From contig JAZLBV010000011.1 of assembly GCA_045613925.1 (NCBI GenBank), forward strand, positions 4,069 to 68,068: a stretch of DNA of 64,000 nt. The letters run 5' to 3'. The translations under genes were made by a program, and so were the position numbers. Shown here piece after piece: positions 59,578-64,000 of this stretch. The notes below the pieces were generated by a model that saw only the letters and a program-made list of their open reading frames with translations, made no database searches and was not told where the DNA came from. This stretch comes from Candidatus Enterousia sp. GTDB lineage: Bacteria; Pseudomonadota; Alphaproteobacteria; Rs-D84. Position 1 is the first letter of the stretch, and each line of letters begins with the position of its first letter.

Positions 59578-60240
59578 GTGTTTAATAAGATTTTTATTAT
59601 CATAGTTTGTTTGTTTTCATTTTCTGTTATGGCGGATGATAATTGTCTGCGGTTTAGATATGATGTAGATATTAATATAAAAAATAATACAGACAATAAT
59701 GTTGTTGTTGAAAAATCTGCTGAAAATCTGGTTGGTCGCTTGGGGTATACTGTTTCAAATATTACGTATAGTTATCAGTTGTTAATGGTGCCTGTTCGGG
59801 TGGAAAATGGGTATTGTTTGTCTTTGCGGTCAATAGATATAGATGTTTCGCCAAAGTTTAATATTGTATTAGATAAACGTTTAAAAGAAAATTCTTGTGC
59901 TTATAAAATTGTTTATCAACACGAACAAGACCATAAAGATGTTTATGAAAAAATATTAAAAGATAATATTGATAATATAAAATCTGCGGTTATAGAGGCA
60001 ACTAAATCTGTAAAACCTGTATTTTTAAAAAATATAGATAAAGCGAACGATGTGGAAATAGAAATATCAAATAAATTAGAAAAATATTCTGAAGTTGAAA
60101 AAATCAAAGAAAAAATCAAAAATTTAACAGATGAAGAAAATAAAAAAATAGACACACGTGGAGATGACTATAAAATTTGGAAATGCAAAGATTTCTTTGA
60201 TGAAATGAAGGAATTTTATGGTTCTATGACCATAGATTAA
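59578..60240 (+). CDS. Secreted HExxH protein, DUF922-like (start uncertain, GTG)
   Basis: Signal-peptide-like N-terminus, C.Y..VY.HEQDH, four conserved Cys; paralog of the next gene. Confidence 0.6.
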   Translation: MFNKIFIIIVCLFSFSVMADDNCLRFRYDVDINIKNNTDNNVVVEKSAENLVGRLGYTVSNITYSYQLLMVPVRVENGYCLSLRSIDIDVSPKFNIVLDKRLKENSCAYKIVYQHEQDHKDVYEKILKDNIDNIKSAVIEATKSVKPVFLKNIDKANDVEIEISNKLEKYSEVEKIKEKIKNLTDEENKKIDTRGDDYKIWKCKDFFDEMKEFYGSMTID

Positions 60241-60244
60241 AGAT

Positions 60245-60862
60245 ATGTATAAATTTATTTTATTATTTTTTCAAATGTTTTTGTTTGTTTCAATGGCTGG
60301 CGCTGTTGATGATTGTTTAGGGTATAAATTAACACCTAATATTTCTGTGCGTGTGCCGATGTGGGAAAAAAATGTTGTGCAACCACTTCAAAAAATGGAT
60401 GTTTTGCACGGTAATGTTATTGCTACGATGGTTGATAATTATGAAATAAATACAGATATTACTTCTATTGAAGATGGTTTTTGTGTTGCGTTAAAAGGTG
60501 TTGATGCAATAGTTGGATATACTGATTTTTTGGTGCAAATCGATATTTCACATCGTCCAAATTCTTGTTCATATAATGCTATTTTATCACACGAAGATGA
60601 ACATATACGTGCATATTTATCAATCATAGATGATAATTATGATTTAATAAAAAAATCTTTGATGTCAGCAGCAAATTCTATTACACCGATTTTTGTTGAA
60701 AAACAATCTGATATAGAATTTGCTATTGATAATTTAAATGAACAGATTCAAACACATCCTGATATAATTTTATTGAAACAACAAATTAAAGCAGCCGAAG
60801 AAATACGTAATAAACATGTTGATCAAACTGATAATGGTCGACAATTAAAAGATTGTTTCTAA
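60245..60862 (+). CDS. Secreted HExxH protein, DUF922-like
   Basis: Signal peptide, CSYNAILSHEDEH, same Cys pattern. Confidence 0.65.
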   Translation: MYKFILLFFQMFLFVSMAGAVDDCLGYKLTPNISVRVPMWEKNVVQPLQKMDVLHGNVIATMVDNYEINTDITSIEDGFCVALKGVDAIVGYTDFLVQIDISHRPNSCSYNAILSHEDEHIRAYLSIIDDNYDLIKKSLMSAANSITPIFVEKQSDIEFAIDNLNEQIQTHPDIILLKQQIKAAEEIRNKHVDQTDNGRQLKDCF

Positions 60863-60863
60863 T

Positions 60864-61562
60864 TTATCCGAAATAAACCCAAATTGCAAATGGTGCGATG
60901 ACCGCTGTCATAAGACCAGAAATTACTATACCAAGTGAACTAAATGAACCTTCTATTTTACCCATTTCCATTGCTTTGACTGTACCGGCAGCGTGTGAAG
61001 CATTACCGATTGCCAATCCGCGTGATATAGGATTTTTTAATTTCATCCATTTACATAATTTATCACTTACTGATGCACCAAGAATACCTGTGATTATAAC
61101 CGCAGATACGGTCAAAGATACCATACCACCCAATTTTTGTGTAATACCTATTGCCAGTGCTGTGGTGACAGATATAGAAACCAATGAACGTGCTATAATG
61201 TCTGAAAGACCAAGCAGTATGACAAGTATGCTTATAGATAATACAGAACCAATAACCCCAATTAACATAGCAAATAAAATTGACCAGATGTGTTTTTTCA
61301 ATAATGGTAATTGACGATACATAGGAACCGCAAAACATACCGTCACAGGTGTTAAAAAATATGTCAGATATTTCGCACTTTCGTTATATGTTTTATATGG
61401 AATATTAAATGACAATAACACAATAATAACAAATATAGTTGCTAAGAATAATGGTGTTGTGAACGGATTTTTCCAATATTTATTTATTATGCTGGCCATA
61501 ACAAAAAGCGCAATTGTTATTGCAGCACCAAAATATGTAGAATTTGTAATTAAATCTAGCAT
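60864..61562 (-). CDS. lrgB: LrgB/CidB family membrane protein
   Basis: LTP.TV.FAVP.YRQ, S.TTA.A.GI, RGLAIG.A.HA.GT..A.E. Confidence 0.9.
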   Translation of the reverse strand: MLDLITNSTYFGAAITIALFVMASIINKYWKNPFTTPLFLATIFVIIVLLSFNIPYKTYNESAKYLTYFLTPVTVCFAVPMYRQLPLLKKHIWSILFAMLIGVIGSVLSISILVILLGLSDIIARSLVSISVTTALAIGITQKLGGMVSLTVSAVIITGILGASVSDKLCKWMKLKNPISRGLAIGNASHAAGTVKAMEMGKIEGSFSSLGIVISGLMTAVIAPFAIWVYFG

Positions 61563-61918
61563 TTTTTACGTTTTCCCCTATGTTCCAGGAAATAATCTGC
61601 GGTTTTCCCGGTTAAAACCATTGTTACAAAATATGCAGCAACCAGTAAAAACACCAGATAATACCAAATGTCGGAAATATCAGCCCAGATATCTATGACT
61701 GCTACTGCGGGCGCAACAAAAAACAAAGCCATTATACTATGAAACCAATCTGCAATATCTGCCACCCATTTTAATTTTATTATGTGTAAACAAAGCGCAA
61801 GAAATAAAAGCAATAATCCATAAATACTGCCGGCAATAGGCAGATTTATAAAATGTTCGCAGATTTCACCTAAGAATACGAACAATAATATAATCATAAA
61901 TTGAACAAGATATTTCAT
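61556..61918 (-). CDS. lrgA: CidA/LrgA family holin-like protein
   Basis: QF.IIL...F.GE, LPI.GSI.G..LLF.AL, M.LFFV.PAV. Confidence 0.88.
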   Translation of the reverse strand: MKYLVQFMIILLFVFLGEICEHFINLPIAGSIYGLLLLFLALCLHIIKLKWVADIADWFHSIMALFFVAPAVAVIDIWADISDIWYYLVFLLVAAYFVTMVLTGKTADYFLEHRGKRKKC

Positions 61919-61982
61919 AATCTCTCTCTGTTGAGTTTGATTATATAAAAATAAAATAATTTTTGGAATATAAAAATTCGAA

Positions 61983-62492
61983 TTATCGCAATTTATATTT
62001 GATGTTTTTGTATATATTCAATAATGTCCACGCGCTTAACATAACATCCATAAGCGCAGATGGGTAGGCGCCTACGTAAAAATCGTGCACAAACCAAAGC
62101 ATCAAATTTATTATCAGCGCAAAACGTATTTGTTGTTCATTTCGTGTTAAATGTAAAAATATAGTATATATTACAGATGCAGCCATTGGAAATAATCCAA
62201 TAATTCCGCGATTGTTGGCTATCAGTCCAAACATAATGCATAATATTACTAAGACAATTGTTATTTTCTTTGATAGTTTGTTTTTATAGGCCAAAATATC
62301 GCGAATCAATGCTATTGAATTTGTTGTTAATGCAGAATATGTAATCAAGGCTATGTTAGATAAAATGCAAAAAACAACCTCTAAAATTTGCCACATCAAA
62401 AGTGATGCTGTTGTTTTTTTAAATACTGAAACACCCAGGCAAATTGCTGCAATCAGTGAAAATATATTCCCAAGTATAAAATACGTCTGCAT
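61983..62492 (-). CDS. YgjV-family inner membrane protein
   Basis: Multi-TM, GN..S..A, IRF...NL..W..HD..V.AY. Confidence 0.65.
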   Translation of the reverse strand: MQTYFILGNIFSLIAAICLGVSVFKKTTASLLMWQILEVVFCILSNIALITYSALTTNSIALIRDILAYKNKLSKKITIVLVILCIMFGLIANNRGIIGLFPMAASVIYTIFLHLTRNEQQIRFALIINLMLWFVHDFYVGAYPSALMDVMLSAWTLLNIYKNIKYKLR

Positions 62493-62627
62493 AAAAACTC
62501 CATTCTATATAATCTGGGGATAAATATAAAAACTACAGTTAAAAAAATCTAGATAAAAATTATATATCTACAATTTTAATATCATATAAAAAATACAAAG
62601 ATTTAGCGGTATTACATAAGATTTAAA

Positions 62628-62656
62628 TTGTATTTAATCAAAAATTTTGCTATCAT
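62628..62656 (+). promoter_or_regulatory. sigma70-type promoter
   Basis: TTGTAT-17 bp-TATCAT upstream of the ORF at 62678. Confidence 0.55.
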
Positions 62657-62677
62657 ATCTGAGGTGAGAGAAAATTT

Positions 62678-63877
62678 ATGAAGAAAATCTTGTTAATATT
62701 GTTTTTTGGATACACTGTATCGGTTTTAGCACGTACAGAGCCTATACCGTATTATTTTAGTGATGAATTAAAAAATGCTATCTCTAATTGCACACCATAT
62801 TCAGAGGATATATATAAAAAAAATCCTGATATGAGAGAACAGGCAGAATCTTTTGCAAAGGTGCTTTTTGATAAAATAGATTTATCTGAATCAAGAATGA
62901 TTTTAAGTGTTCAAGGTCCTAAAGAAGACAAATGTCAAATAATTATAAAATCGGATTATGAATTTCCTGTGGCTTTGGAACAAGAATGTTTTTTATCACA
63001 TGATATGCAAAAAAGATTATTAGATGCAATGAATGATAAATCAACAGAAACAAAAACAAGAAAAATTACGAACAATGGTTTTTATATGACTATGACGGCC
63101 AGAGAATTTGATTTAACATTTTCAGAAATACAAAATAATTTTTGTAAAGAAATAGAACACAGCTCAGCAGAAGAAGAACAAAAAATGAAAGAACTTCAGC
63201 ATAAAATGACGAGTTTTTCTGATAAATTCAAAAATTCATTGAAAAATTGTTCTCCAGATAAAGATACTTTTAGTATGTTTGGCATCAAAGTTAGCGAAAT
63301 AGAAATAAAAGGAAATGATCAAGGAAAATGCCATATAGTTTCTCAGGGATTTCATATTTTGCTTAATGATGATGAATTATCTTTGTCCAGCTTTGATGAA
63401 TTATACAACCTATTGACAGATGAGACAAGGGTTGTTTACCATCCATCATATAAATACAAAGGTGTACTTTTTGCCCTAAACGAATGTGAACAAAAAAAAT
63501 CTTTTGATTATGGAAATGACACGATAACTCTTGGTAAAGATAAAATAAAAATTCTGCATGGTGTCAGCAGTTCTTATAAAAACAATGTATGTCAAGTACG
63601 AGTTTCTCTAATAATAACCAAAAACAACAAAAAAGAAGATTACTCACTACTTTGTGATATACAAGAAAACGATATATCATCATATACAAAACCATATTCT
63701 AAATTGATAGAACAATTTGCACCAAAAACTATAAAAAAGGATAATACCACCATCTATCAGGCAGGAACACAGAATGACTATGTCTCAGCAGCAGACAGGG
63801 AAATATTTGTAAAAATGTACAAAGCTGGTATATGTAAAAAACTAAACAAAAAAGATGATGTATCTATGGTGCCCTAA
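62678..63877 (+). CDS. Secreted hypothetical protein with internally repeated Cys-paired modules
   Basis: Signal peptide; YFSDELKNAISNCTP...GPKEDKCQI repeated as SFSDKFKNSLKNCSP...GNDQGKCHI. Confidence 0.7.
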   Translation: MKKILLILFFGYTVSVLARTEPIPYYFSDELKNAISNCTPYSEDIYKKNPDMREQAESFAKVLFDKIDLSESRMILSVQGPKEDKCQIIIKSDYEFPVALEQECFLSHDMQKRLLDAMNDKSTETKTRKITNNGFYMTMTAREFDLTFSEIQNNFCKEIEHSSAEEEQKMKELQHKMTSFSDKFKNSLKNCSPDKDTFSMFGIKVSEIEIKGNDQGKCHIVSQGFHILLNDDELSLSSFDELYNLLTDETRVVYHPSYKYKGVLFALNECEQKKSFDYGNDTITLGKDKIKILHGVSSSYKNNVCQVRVSLIITKNNKKEDYSLLCDIQENDISSYTKPYSKLIEQFAPKTIKKDNTTIYQAGTQNDYVSAADREIFVKMYKAGICKKLNKKDDVSMVP

Positions 63878-63940
63878 GCAAGAATCGGACTTGCGACTCG
63901 TCCTTACCAAGGACGTGTTTTACCACTAGACTATTAGGGC
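63867..63940 (-). tRNA. tRNA-Thr (GGT)
   Basis: Reverse complement GCCCTAA..TTAGGGC acceptor stem, CGTCC-TTGGTAA-GGACG anticodon arm, CCA. Confidence 0.95.
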
Positions 63941-64000
63941 AACTGTTCCCAATTATAACGAGAAACACGCAAAAATCAACATTATTTTTGTTGTGCGTTC

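Overview
AT-rich bacterial chromosomal segment. Gene content points to a compact alphaproteobacterial genome (lptF/G-lptD-surA, alpha-type SspB, Cys-free L36, virB3-virB4); this placement is an inference. It is mostly housekeeping: envelope, translation, replication/partition, fatty-acid synthesis and a MacAB-TolC-type exporter, plus five tRNA genes. No CRISPR, cas, integrase or transposase gene was seen. The most interesting signals are non-coding. (1) Short leader peptides rich in the cognate amino acid, with terminator hairpins, precede three aminoacyl-tRNA synthetase loci: MKQKAIIIIK before ileS (strong), MKRMQI before metG and MFCFVRI before pheST (both weaker). (2) A ~170-bp tandem array of remodelled tRNA-Val copies carries variable hairpin inserts in the T-loop. 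(3) A ParB with non-canonical DNA-recognition residues co-occurs with a recurrent 16-bp palindrome AAAANNCCGGNNTTTT. (4) A candidate replication origin has five TTTTCAACA boxes upstream of an isolated virB3-virB4 pair. (5) A 6S-like RNA candidate is present. Some start codons were moved from the ORF-track values where the RBS, a promoter or homology supports it.
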